64,000 nucleotides of DNA, from NCBI GenBank assembly GCA_965202585.1, contig OZ241826.1, forward strand, positions 26,846,001 to 26,910,000. The letters run 5' to 3'. Each line of letters opens with the position of its first letter. The first letter of the stretch is position 1. Of this stretch, positions 45,904 through 58,223 are shown piece after piece. This DNA is from Thalia democratica (taxonomy: Eukaryota). Made by a program: the position numbers and the translations under genes. A model generated the notes under the pieces. It was not told the DNA's origin. It saw only the letters and a list, made by a program, of their open reading frames with translations, and ran no database searches.

Positions 45904-46539
45904 AGGTGGTTTGATTATTATGAGATCGAAAAGATGCGCTGTTAAAAACTGTGGCAACACTTTGACCACAACTCGCGGTACTTACACTTTTTACAATGAT
46001 CTTATTGTCAAAAGCGAAGCTTTTTGTGTAAAAAACACGGTGGAATAATCGCACCTCTGAACACTCAAGAAGAATTCGACGCAGTTCAAAAATTTGCTTA
46101 CAAATGTCGACCTTGGTGCTGTTCTTCCTATTACCACACCGGTTTTTATCTCAACAGGATTGAAACGAGATTCTACTCTGATTGCACCGAGTGGGATTAG
46201 GACAAACATGACAAGTTGTACCGCAGCGAAATAGGAAAAGGGCCATGTTGGGATGTAGTGTACAGACCTTTGGACAAAATACAAAGCATTTTTATTGACG
46301 GGTATTGCACTGATAGCAGATGGAGAACCATATGTTTCAACACTGCTACTGAAAGTTCCAATAGAGCTTTACAAGCACAACATGATGCACTAGTCCATAC
46401 AAACAATGCTCAAGGTTTTGATCGTTTCTCTACTGTAACTGCTTTTTTTGCTTTGGCTTCATTGACTGTAGGATTAGCTCTGACTGTTGTAAAAGCAAAC
46501 AAGAAGATTAAAAAGTATGAAGAGAAGCTTTCTTTTTAA
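45904..46539 (+). pseudogene. C-type-lectin-like domain + C-terminal transmembrane helix, disrupted
   Basis: Repaired frame ..CAVKNC..YTFY..SEAFCVKKHGGIIAPLNTQEEFDAV..YHTG..SDCTEWD*..GPC..YC..WRTICF..TAFFALASLTVGLALTVV-KANKK. One base short in the A6 run 46030-46035 and in-frame TAG at 46198-46200; tttttcag acceptor at 45903. Confidence 0.75.
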
Positions 46540-48098
46540 TTGAAAAGACTTTGCTGAAACTGATTTTTCTTAACTAGCATCGAACCTATTATACATTCAA
46601 CTATTTCAGTCAAAATATACATAATTAAATTGTTTCATGATTTAATTTTAACTATCAACTCGTTTAAAAGAAATTTACACTCGCATAAAAATTTTTATTT
46701 AAATTATACAAAGTTTATACATAAATAATAAGATTAATATCTAAGTAATTTAAGTAAAGTATGCACGTTAAACCAAAGAAAATAAGTAAAGATTGTGTGA
46801 AGAACCGTAATAGTTTTAAATTTAAACTTCTATTTCTATAAGTTGATATGTCCTCAAATATATATCAATTTATTAGAATATTATTTTAGTGATTTAAGTT
46901 TTAAAATATAATTTAAATTTCAAGTCTCATTTGACGCAGGAAAATTTTTATTTCATTATTAAAGTTTTAAACTCAAATTTTAAATTTTTCTTAATAAACT
47001 TATAAATCATATGTCCTATATACTTACTTAGGTATTTTAAAAATTAGAATAAAAGCTACTTGTTTCAAAAATTGTTTAATTTTACAACAATTTAAATTTA
47101 TAAAGGATTTCGATTTACATTTTACACAAGAAAAGTTAAAATGTAGCTAAAAATCCTTTAAAGTAAAGGCATTAGTTAATTAAAAAGAATAAAAGATAAA
47201 TAAAAAGTAGTTAGCATATGAGAATGTCAAAAATAAACTTTTTATAGAACTAAAAAAAATCGTTTTTTTTTTGAAATTATCCTCATGTTATACTAAGAAT
47301 GTTTTTTTAAATATTTAAAGAAAAAAAAATTATAATTAATTCATTTATGAAAAAAAAAGATGAATTCTTTAAAGTTAAATTAAAAATTTACAATTGTTTA
47401 TTAAGTATTTATTGAATTTTTAAACTCCTTAGCCTATAAGTAATTAATTATAGGAGAAAGTTTAGATACTATAGTTTATTTAAAATTTATTGCATTGAAT
47501 TTATTGAAACACATAGATCACTGTTTTAAGTAAGTATACGTATGACCTTGCTGAGGTTGGCGTGTTTTGAAAATAAGAACAGTTTTGTAGTTACAAAGTA
47601 ATGTTGAAAAAATATGTTGTTATAGTTTTAAGTAGCTGAAATTTACTAATTTTTACTAAAGTTTTCTAGTAATAAGTTTTTGTGTTACAAAAGAATGTTT
47701 TAGCTTTTCAACACTTTTTTCATAAAAGTTGTGTTTTTTATCATTTGTTTAGTTTAAAAATTTACAAATTAGGTGGTATTTAATTTTTTACTGCTATATG
47801 ATGTGATGATACTTTTGTATGAACAATGAGTAAGAAATGACTGTTTTTTTTATTTATTGATTAATAGTAAATAGCTTTTTCAATTTCAAAGCTTAAAAGC
47901 AAGTGGACTGTTGATTTTTGAACAAAACTAGTTTGCTAATAAATATCACTTAGAACTTTACTATTTTTTTTCTTCAACCATGTTTTAGATTGTTATTTAA
48001 AGTGTTTCAGTTTTTGTAGCATTTAGAATATTAAATAAAAACTGAATTTCTTGTGTCTGCAAAAAATCTCTTGTATCTAAAGTGAAATATTTTTTTAA

Positions 48099-48644
48099 GG
48101 GCATAGGGGGGGGTAAACAACCTACTAAAACGGCAAAAATAGACTATTTTACTAAAAATCTATCTTCTCCTACGTTTTTTGAGATAACTACCTCAAACTT
48201 TCAGGAAATGTTCCTTAATATATTTAGAAAATTCTGTCAAAAGAAATTTTGAAATAAATAAAAAATAAAAAATTTTTATAAAAAATAAACAAAAAAAAAC
48301 AGTTTTTTTTTGTTTTTTTGTTATAAAATTTTTATTTTTTAATTTTTTTAAATTCTGTTCCGACAGAATTTTCTAAATACTGCAAGGAACATTTCCTGAA
48401 AATTTGAGGTAGTTATCTCAAAAAACGTAGGAGGAGATATATTTTTAGTGATTTCTAGTTATTTGCCGTTTTAGTTTGCGCCTCCCATAAGGATCCTATT
48501 GTTGCCTCCGACTTTGACCGGCTATATCTCAATAATTATTTTGAATTTTTTAAATCTGTAAAAAGCATCTTGTAGCTTAGTAAAAACTATATAAAATAAG
48601 ATCAAAAACCAAAAAAGGGTGTTTACCCCCCCCCCCCTATGCCC
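48099..48644. mobile_element. TTAA-flanked fold-back MITE inserted in the duplicated tektin intron
   Basis: TTAA on both sides; absent from the paralogous intron near 15960. Confidence 0.88.
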
Positions 48645-48739
48645 TTAACTTTTATTATGTATTTTGTTGTATTTAACTATCACTAAGCTAGTTTATAAAA
48701 AAAAAAAAAACAAATAATAAATAGTATTCAACGAAATAG

Positions 48740-48834
48740 GTTCTGAATGAAATAGGCGAACAAGAAAAGAACATTGAGGAATTGAAGAAAGGATTGAGTG
48801 ATAAAATGGCTGCGATGATGGTGGCTCAGACAAG
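48740..48834 (+). pseudogene. TEKT1: Orphan inverted copy of tektin-1 exon 7
   Basis: 95 nt, AG/GT intact, VLNEIGEQEKNIEELKKGLSDKMAAMMVAQTR; 3 substitutions vs 15778-15872; no other tektin exon seen on the + strand. Confidence 0.9.
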
Positions 48835-51209
48835 GTTTCTATATTTATTTATACTTTTTATATATTTACAATAACAATGTTAGTATGGTGTAAGTGATAA
48901 AATGGCTGCAATGATGGTGGCTCAAGTTTTAGGTTTAAATACTTCTTTTATGATATATTTCAACTTGTATTTGGTTTTATGTACTTAACTATTGTCTTTT
49001 AGTATCAAACCAAGTTATTTGATAGAAAACAACTTATGATAGATGTTAATCTACAAATTCAATACAAAACTACCCAAACAAAAAGACTGCTAAGAGTTAC
49101 TTTCAGCAAAATTTTTTCTGTTCCATACTGACACAAATTGTAAAACTAAAATCAAGATTGCAAGTAAACTGATAAAGACGGGAAAACAAAAAACTACTGC
49201 TAAATGTTTAAAGTAAGTTATATTTGTGTTTAAATGAGTGCATAAATCCTCAAAAATTATCACAAACATTTTTTATGATAAGAGTAATTTAAAGACTGTT
49301 TACATCCAAAATAAAACATCATTTTTTCCTTAAATATTTAGACATTAAAAAACAAATGAAACTAAGTACATTGAGATTATTTTAAAGTTTGTACATTAGG
49401 CCAGCATAATTTTCACAAACAAGCTTCTAACTAATCAGATGATTACATTTTTAAACGTTTTGATATGTGAGAGTCAAGCAAGGTATTTAGTTTAGGAAAG
49501 TTTACAATAAGTGATCGGTACCAATTTGGATGAAACGGGTTTTTTAAATATCAAAAGTGCAAGCGAGAAAAAAAGTTATTAACTGATAAAACGTTTCGTG
49601 TCCTCAATAGCTAGTTTCAACATTAAAGTCTTAAGATAAAAAATCCATTTTTAGAATAAAAGTAAACAAAGCTAAATATATTCTCTAAAACATTGTTAAC
49701 CTACCAAAGATTAACAAATTTCGTTCAGGCCTATAAAATTTTATTTTATACATTTAATGGTTGTTAGAAGGAGGCATTTTGAATTTGTTTTAGAAAGTCA
49801 ACAACTAAAACCATATTTTCTTAGAAGGAAAGCTTATTAGTTGTTTTGTTTTGAACATACATAATTCTTCAAAAAACTAACTTTTAAGTAAATAAAAGGC
49901 AATAAACGTTAAAATTATCTTTTTCGTTAAGTTTTTATTTTTCGACTTAAAAATAGTTTCATGTAGAACTTTCAAAATAATTTGAGTTCAAGTACAAACG
50001 AGTTGAACAAAAAACTACGATTAAAATAAAAAGATTTAAAAATTAGGAATAAAAAAGTACAAAAACTAAAACTTAATTTAAGCGCAATATAAATAAGGAC
50101 TTTATAAAAAAGTATGCTACCAAGCTAATTAAAAAATTTTTTTTTGAATTTTTTGGCAAAAACTGTGCTTTTACTTACTTAAAGTAATACTTAAAATAAA
50201 AACTGATATCTTAATTAATTCTATTTTTATTCAGCTATATTATTGTAACAAAAACAATTTGGTGAAATTCTTGAAATTTTTTTTTCATTTATCAGTTTTT
50301 CAATTGGTAATTGTTTTATTTTTTTTAAGGTTTTTAATTTATTAATTAATTTAATTTAATTTTTAATTTATAATGACTTGTTTCTGTCACAAGATTACCT
50401 TTATCAGTACTTACCACTTGTTTTAATTAAGTTTTAGTTTAAATGTTTTTGGTAGCTAAAAAATCACTTCGGTTGAAACTTTTTATCATAATAAATTCTT
50501 AATTATTAAATCTAATGACGTAACTCATATTCGGAAGTGAAACTATTTATTTGTAACCAAAAGTGTTTAAAGAATATTGACTTTTGAGACTATTAACTTG
50601 AATATTAAGAACAATAGTCACTTAATTTTTTAAATTACTATTTGTTTAAAATCATAGTTGTTTAAGTAAATGAAGCCTTGTTTTATACTATATTGTTTTT
50701 CATTTAATTTTAAAAGTACTTTTTTTTTTGCTTACCAGTTATGGATCTACTTAAATAAAAAGTAAAACTTAAAGATCGCCTTAAACTTCATTTTCGACAG
50801 TTTTTTCTAAGCGCAAAATCAAAATTAAGACAATATCTTTAAAGTATTTGTTTAAACTATTTTTCATATATGAAAATATGCATAAGCTTGAAAGTTTTTT
50901 TTAAATGAATAGTTGTAATTTTTCTTAGATATTAACTTGACTAACTTGTAAATTACTTCATCAATATTAAAACTGGTAGTTTACTATCCATATGGTTGTT
51001 TACAAATTAAAAGTTATTGATATAAAAAACAACTTAAAACAACAAGCAACCGAAACTTAACACAAATTTTACAGCCAATGTCGACTTGCTAATTTTATTC
51101 AGGTTTTTTAAAAAGAAAATAGGATGTTTATGCAGGCAGTTATGACATCAATATAATTATTTAAACTTTTTTAACTTGTTTTTACTGGGTTGTTGTCTGT
51201 TTGCTGGTG

Positions 51210-51770
51210 TTATACCTTGTGTTCCTTGCCCTTGTTTGATACCATTTGAACCTTTACTTCTTTCTTTATCATATTTTCTAACTGCGCTGAATTCACTACA
51301 ATTACCGTTCCTGCTTCATCTGTTTGTACTGCTTTTGCTTCTTGCCGTGGTTGTCCTGCTGCTTCTTGCCGTGCTTGTGCTGCTGCTGCTCCTTGCCGTG
51401 GTTGTCCTGCTGCTTCTTGCCGTGCTTGTGCTGCTGCTCCTTGCCGTGATTGTCCTGCTGCTGCTTCTTGCTCTGGTTGTGTTGCTGCTCCTTGCCGTAA
51501 TTGTCCTGCTGATCCTCCTTGTTGTGTTTTATTTCTCTCTTTTACCACCTCAATCTCTTCTTCAACCACTTCGTACAGCTTCTGGACGAGCGACATATGC
51601 GTCTCCGGGTCGGTTCGCAGCCTGGTCATTATCATTTGGTGCTTTTCTGCTTCTCCCGGGTATCCGGGAGCGTTGATGAAGTTCTGCAGAAACACCCTCC
51701 GTTCGTCCCGGAAATCGTCGCCTGACAAAATCTCTGTGAAGGCACGAAATACGTTTTCAAACCTATTCAT
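51210..51770 (-). CDS. Intronless orphan protein (186 aa from ATG 51770): helical N-domain + Q/A/G/R tandem repeats
   Basis: GC-rich ORF in AT-rich context; ATG preceded by a tgtgtgcag acceptor-like sequence; homologous fragment at 10141-10236. Confidence 0.75.
   Translation of the reverse strand: MNRFENVFRAFTEILSGDDFRDERRVFLQNFINAPGYPGEAEKHQMIMTRLRTDPETHMSLVQKLYEVVEEEIEVVKERNKTQQGGSAGQLRQGAATQPEQEAAAGQSRQGAAAQARQEAAGQPRQGAAAAQARQEAAGQPRQEAKAVQTDEAGTVIVVNSAQLENMIKKEVKVQMVSNKGKEHKV
51340..51510. repeat. Coding minisatellite, alternating 21-27 bp units (AQARQEAAGQPRQG)
   Basis: Repeated cttgccgtg(g/c)ttgt(c/g)ctgctg. Confidence 0.85.
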
Positions 51771-54700
51771 TTCTGCACACACAACGAACACACACAGTGA
51801 AATTTAAAACCCTTTCAGAAAATGCATCATTTATACTTAAAAAATCAACGGTATAGTCACGTCACAAACAAACGTTAAGTTTTCATTAACTTTTCAACAG
51901 GATTTGTTTTTTTTTAACCAAGGTTTAAAAAAAGACTGCTTTTCGATGTAAGTTCTTTTACTGTAAGCCGCGGGTTAATTTTCATAGACAAAGTTCAGAA
52001 TATTTGTAGTAATCAATAAAAAAACATTCTTTGAATCACATTACTGATACATAAGCAATAATAAAGTACAGTAACCTCTCGCTTATTTACGCACATTGTG
52101 TTAACATAAAAAAAGTGCGTAAAGATACGAGAGGTACCAAATATACTTACTACATCGGCTGTTTTTTGATAATGCTTCTAGTTAAAAGAAGACTTTTAAC
52201 AAATTGTTTACTTTATTTATATAAGTTAAAACAAAAGATAAAACTATACATATTTAAAAAAATAGGATTTAGATTTATATAAATAACAATACTTTTAGAA
52301 AAACTATACTAATTTTAATAAAAAGTAGATTTTATGTTTATCGTTATTTATATGAATTTCAATTCAAGGGCTTTAAACCAATTTTAATCGAGACCATCAG
52401 TTTTAACGCGCAGTTGTGTTCTTCCAAAGCTGTAACTGGTGCTGGTTAGCATTACTGAGAATTGAAGGCAACCTGCGAAAAGTTTCAACGCTTGCTGTGC
52501 AGAGCAAATGTTACAGAAGAAGAACAACTTAAACAAAAAAAAAACGTCAAATGAAGATTAGTGAAACGTTTAGAAAAATACAATTGAGATTTTTGTTAAG
52601 TGTAGACTCTTTACTTATCAAGTATCACTGCTACTTTTTGCTAGGAAGTTTCATTAACTTTTTTTTTAGATGTTTACTTGTATATAGGGCAAGAGTGCTG
52701 TAACACTTAAGTGAGATATAAACTCTCATCATTTCATTATATCTTCATTGTTTAACGCAGTCATATTTCTCTAGAGTTTTAATTTAATCTCTTATTATTA
52801 ACAAAATTTACGATATACTAAGGTATAACTATATGTTTATCAATTAGTCAAAAAACATAAGTTTACAAAATTTAAAGATATAGAGAGGTGAGTTAGCATT
52901 TTAAAACATATTTTAAATTAAAAATATACAATTAAGCTAATTTGTGCAATATTAAAAAAAAAGAAAAATTTTTGAGTTTTTAGAATTCTAATATGCGTAA
53001 CTAAACGAGAGTGCGTAACGTCATAAGTGCGTAAAGATGCAAGAGCTTACTATTCATTTTCAAGCTAAGAGTCTAAATGTATGTTTTTGCCGCTATTTTT
53101 TATACTGTCTTAAAAAGTATGATTTTAGCTGAAAAGTTTACAGAGGCCCGCAAGTTGTTAAATTAAATATTAGCACAGCGAAGCTTCTAATACAAACAAT
53201 ATTTTATTTGAAATGTTCATGTCAATTTTTTTTCTTTAGTTTTGTATAAAAGTTTGTATACAATTGATAGATTAATTTTTTTAAATGACTTAAATATACA
53301 AACGATAAGGCTACCTGTAATACTGTATCAGCTACTTGAGTGATATACATCAAATACGCTCTAAGTATAACTCAAGTTAATTTTGTTTCGTAGTGTGAGC
53401 AATCTCGTTGACAGCTTTTTAGTTTAAATAATCACGTTGTTGTGCAGAACAAAGTTAATATGATTCATGGTAGAAGCGTTTAAAACAACGTAGCAGTCAG
53501 TTTAAATTTTACCAGTTTGCTCATCTGTTTGTCTCATTGCGTGGCATATTCACTCACTGTATATTCAATTGTGTCTTGCGGTCCGGTTGTTTTTTATTTT
53601 AGCTTGTTTAATTTTTAAGACGGGAAACATATGAAGTTCGGCATCAGTTATTACCTCATAGTTTCGCCCGCACATGTTCATTTTAAGCTACCAGTCAACT
53701 GGGGGTATTTTATTATTGCCAAAGTATTCAATGCGTTTCTAAAAATTTTAACAGAACAGTGAACTAATTAGACTTAAAACATAAGGCTGAAAGTTGTAGA
53801 AAGAGTTTTCCCAAACTCGCTTTAGTAAACGCCCCAGGTTGAAGAATACAAAAAAAAAACGGTCGGCGCCACCCCTTTTCAAAACCCAAAAATACCCAGT
53901 GTAGCTCACCGGTTGTGCCCAAGACCTTTTGCCTTTCGACCTTTACCACAAACCCGAGAACAACTGGTTGAGTTTCGGTTTTCCCGTGAAACGAACCGAA
54001 ACGCCCCCTTGAGTCCTCTTTATGCGCCCCCTCCCCCCAATCGGTCCTTCTCCTTGGCCCGTTTGCAATTTGTTACCATCTCACCCGCCGAGACGGACCA
54101 CTTTCGGAATGCCCTACTGTAGGGTGTTTGCTGCAACTGTGTAAGTTGGTGTTAAGCATGAGGCCGACGGGTTTACGTCGCCTTATACTAAAAAAATACT
54201 ACAGCTCAACGTCAACCAACAAGCTGTTGTTTTTTCATAAAAACTTACATGTTAAGACAACTGATTAATAAAATTAAAAAAAAGTTACGTGTTAAAAAGG
54301 TTGGGTGAACGAGGTTTTGTCATTACCGATTAGTAACAAATTGCTTTTGTTTGTTCAATTTAATGCAACTTTATAGATTGGAGGTTTGGTTGTTGAATAA
54401 AAAAGTTTTCCACTTTGTATATGGAGCACAAACATACATTTTAGTTTTTTACTTTTTTGCCTGACTTGACACCTTCGATGTTGCTTGATATAAAAAAATA
54501 ACTTTTTAAAGCTTACTTGTAAAAAAAGCTCTCATTTAAATATGATCATGCACTATACTAAAAAATGTTTAAGATTATTTGTGATTTTATAAATTAAGAA
54601 CCGAATATTATGTTAAGTCAAAGTTTAAGGGATAGATGACATTCGCAAATTGTAATTAACCTAGTTAATGAGTAATTATTGCATTTCAATCACGAAAATT

Positions 54701-55694
54701 GTATAAAATTTGCGTTTGTCACTATAGTATTATACTATTACGGTATTTATATATAAATATTTCTTACAATAATCAAAAATAAGTTCTAAACTTTTCAAAC
54801 TTTGGCGAAAACTTGTTTTTGATGCATATAAAACTAAGTACTTATATTTCTGCTAAAATAGTGCTGACTTAATTCAGTACAGTGCTACCTCACTTACCCG
54901 GCTGTGTTGGCCAAGCTTTTTATTAGTTATGACCGGATAAGAACGAAACGTCCTTTTGAAATAGTTTACTTCATTAATATTATACAAAGCATATAAAAAA
55001 GTGCATTTAATTATCCGCTAACTTATTTTATCTTGAACTTTTTCACAAATACCAAAAAATTCAAACGGATAGAAAATAAGCGAAACAAAACTTTGTAAAA
55101 ATAAATCTGACGAATACGAATTGCATCGCGAACAGTTTACCTAATATCGGAACTCTTTCTTAAAAAAGGAAGTACGGGAGCTTGTCTGACGTGAATTCCT
55201 TTCACAAAACCCACCGAAACAGACAAACACTTCCCGGTGCGACTTCCGGTCTTTTGTTTCATCTGGCCGGTTGAGTATCGATGTCGAGATGTGTCCTAGC
55301 AAAATCGTTATATACAACCAGGTTCCATCGCAGTTAACTTCTTGATATTCGGAGTGGCCCTCGATCTGGTGTTGTTAAGTTTGTAAAGCCAAAAAATTGT
55401 AAATTAAAACATCAAGTTTGGTTTAAAGAAATTATTACGCTTTTATAAACTGCTTGCTTAGTTATTGAAATCAAAATATACATGTATATAAATAAAAAAA
55501 AAAGATTTTAGCTGATCTAAATTAATCTACTTCTGAACTAAAATTGACCAAATAAGCGAGGAGACGGATAAGTGAGGAAGCACTGTTTTAAAATAGTATT
55601 ACATCTTAGATTGGTCCAAAAAATTTAAAGCACATTTTAAGATCACTAAATCGAATAGTACATTATATAATGGGTCAAGATGTTAAAGCCTAGA

Positions 55695-58223
55695 ATGGGG
55701 TCGGAAAATTGCGGCCCGCAAGCACGTTTTTATTCTGGATAGAATGCGGCCTGCGACCATGTTAATGTTGCCCTCCGAACAAAATATCTTTAAGTCAATT
55801 TCTTTTAGATAAAATGATGTAATTGATCATTACAAGTCTTTGAAAACGTCCAAATCTAATGGTAAATGTTTACTGGTTAGGCTTTTGAATGTGAAAAAGA
55901 CAGATTAGCTTTCTTGCAGTGTTTTTTTCTCATTTCAGATAATAACTTATTTCTTTCAACACCAACTGGTGAACTATAAGTTTTAAAAGTACTTGGATTC
56001 AGTATGTTATTTATGAAACAAATTTTTAATAAATTAAGTATTTGCGAATATTTTCTTTTATGTACAAAAGTAATGCACAGAACTGAACTAAAGTTTGGTT
56101 TCTTTGAAACTTAGGTGTTTTGTTTAGCTTGTAAATTATACCTAAGTTATAATAACACATATCTCAAGTACGTATTATATTTAAAAGATCTTAACAAAAA
56201 CACATAAGGTAACATTTTTTCTTTTTTGATTTTGAGTTGTTTTGATTTTTTACATGAGTTTTTGTGGTCTTTTAATTAGTTCTTATGCACACTAAGGTGT
56301 TTATAAACAGTTTTACATTTTAGTTTTCAGCTATTTTTTTCAGTAGTAAATACCCCAAAAGCACCCTGTGTAAAGTGATTTGAAGAAATTTTCATCTTCG
56401 CGAAATTCGATTTTTTATAACTCACTACAATTCAAACTGTATGGGATCTAAAAAATTCGACCTTAAAGTTTTTATTTAGATTATTTATTTTATAAGTGGC
56501 AATCATCATGTAAACACTGGTGCCCAATTTAATAAAACTTAACGAGAGATTTATGGTGACACTTCTTGAGATTTAAACAAAAAAAAAATTCAGTCGAAAT
56601 ATTTTTAATTCTAAAATCTCCGACTAAGTTTTGATTACCAGTTTTGACTTTTTTGCTTTGAAGAGTGGTAAGGAAAACTTATGATGTATGTCATTTTAAA
56701 TTTACAGCTTTAATTTTAAATATATATAAAACTTTAAGCCCTGAAATAGCTATAAATTAAAATAATACTTATATTTAATTTGTACACATATAAGTTTAAA
56801 AAACGCACACTCGCTTTAAAGGCAACTGCATTTAACCCTGAAAACTTTTTCTGAAGAATTTAAATCAGAGTTGCACTAAAAAACCTGGAATTTTAAATTT
56901 TGAAAAAAACCTGGAACTTTGAACAAAAACCACTAAAAAACCTAAAATTTTAAACAACTTTTTGATATTAAATATAAATATTTCGATTTAACACAAAAAA
57001 CTTATCGTATAGATAAAAACTTTCTGTCATCATCAAAAAACTTTTTATTAAAAAAATAAATTTAAAGCTATACGATATCTTTTCAATCTCGTTAAACTAC
57101 TTAAAACAGTTTTTTATCTTAAAATTAATTTCAAACTAAAAATAGACCCTAAAACGTGTAATTTTAACAGCCTTGAAGAAGTTTTGAAAAAATGGAGAAA
57201 ATTTGCCAAAAATGTTTGGTAACCCTGTTTAATGAACCCACACTGATTCATGCTAGGTTTTAGTCATTGAGACTAACTTTCATATGCCTCATAAGAGTGT
57301 TTGCCATACTATTCTACGTTTAAACTTTGTTTTATAAAACACCGATGTACTTTTAATGTCTTGCTTTGTAATAAAGTCATTCGAAACTAACTTTACTAAG
57401 AATAAGGTTGTATAACAACACAGTCTTAATGGTCTGTTTTTGTTTTCAAATTCTTTCTAAGGGCTAAAAACAGCACTAAAAAATTCTTTATTTTACATAT
57501 TCTATGAATACCACACCGAAAAAACGAGCTTTTACAAAAAAAAAAAATAATCTATAAAAAAAAGCTATTTATTTCTATGGTTAAAACTTACATAAATAAG
57601 AAAAAATATTCTGTTTCATCATGTAAACATTATTTTATTATAGATTAACTTTAATCGATTGAGTATTTATTAAAAATCATAGTTTTTAGTGTAGCTATAC
57701 ACTTAGATGTTCTTAAACTTGTCTTAAAATTTGTAAAAAATAGGATATCTCATACTAGTTTGAAGCTTTTTTCGAACGATTCAGGCTGTTTTATTATTTT
57801 TACTTAAATTAAATTAACAAAATCTAATTTCTACTGACTAGTTATTAAGGGTTTGAGAAAAATCCATGCTTTTATCTTTCTTTAGTTAATAAAGTATTAA
57901 TATCTTGTCATAGGGTCGCCGCCTAGTATTAAACGTACTAAGCTTTAAAAACAGTAAATACTTTATTAAGACTTAAGTATATTAGTCAAAGTAAGTTTTA
58001 GTTCAAAAATATGTAAAATTTAAAAAAACCTTCTGTATTTAGCTAAAAGTCATTTTATTTAGTTAAGTGAATAAAAGTAAGACTTTGAATGAAACTAAAA
58101 CAGTGTCCTATTTGTGCGACTAAAATAAAATATAAAGATTATTAAAATGTGACTTAAACTAAAACTGCGTCCCGCGACGATTTTGAAATTTGGACCGCGA
58201 GCATTAATTGCCTGCCGACCCCT
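55695..58223. mobile_element. hAT-like non-autonomous element (GGGGTCGG ends)
   Basis: Left ggggtcgg..gcggcccgc, right tgccgacccct; flanked by agcctag on both sides (55687-55693, 58224-58230). Confidence 0.55.
56866..57227. mobile_element. MITE with CAG(A/G)GTT ends nested in the hAT-like element
   Basis: cagagttgcac ... ggtaaccctg. Confidence 0.5.

Larger units (their letters stand above)
47505..51680. repeat. Inverted segmental duplicate of 10141-16580
   Basis: Blocks: 47505-48930 vs 16580-15690; 49210-50560 vs 12840-11455; 50620-50995 vs 10620-10232; 51583-51678 vs 10236-10141. Confidence 0.92.

Noticed and set aside
45920-46048. THAP-like start (MRSKRCAVKNCGN)
   Set aside because: The downstream frame is clearly C-type-lectin-like; no THAP FP/W/CxxHF motifs.
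41135-46200. TAG reassignment (non-standard genetic code)
   Set aside because: Only two independent cases; none of the ~400 tektin codons or the ILEI-domain codons is an internal TAG, and the 59.2 kb ORF ends in TAG.
51176-51725. Leu/Val-rich plus-strand ORFs
   Set aside because: Antisense shadow of the coding minisatellite in the 51210 ORF.
53500-53700. THAP-like ELHMFP on the minus strand
   Set aside because: Required Cys/Trp/His residues not found in frame.
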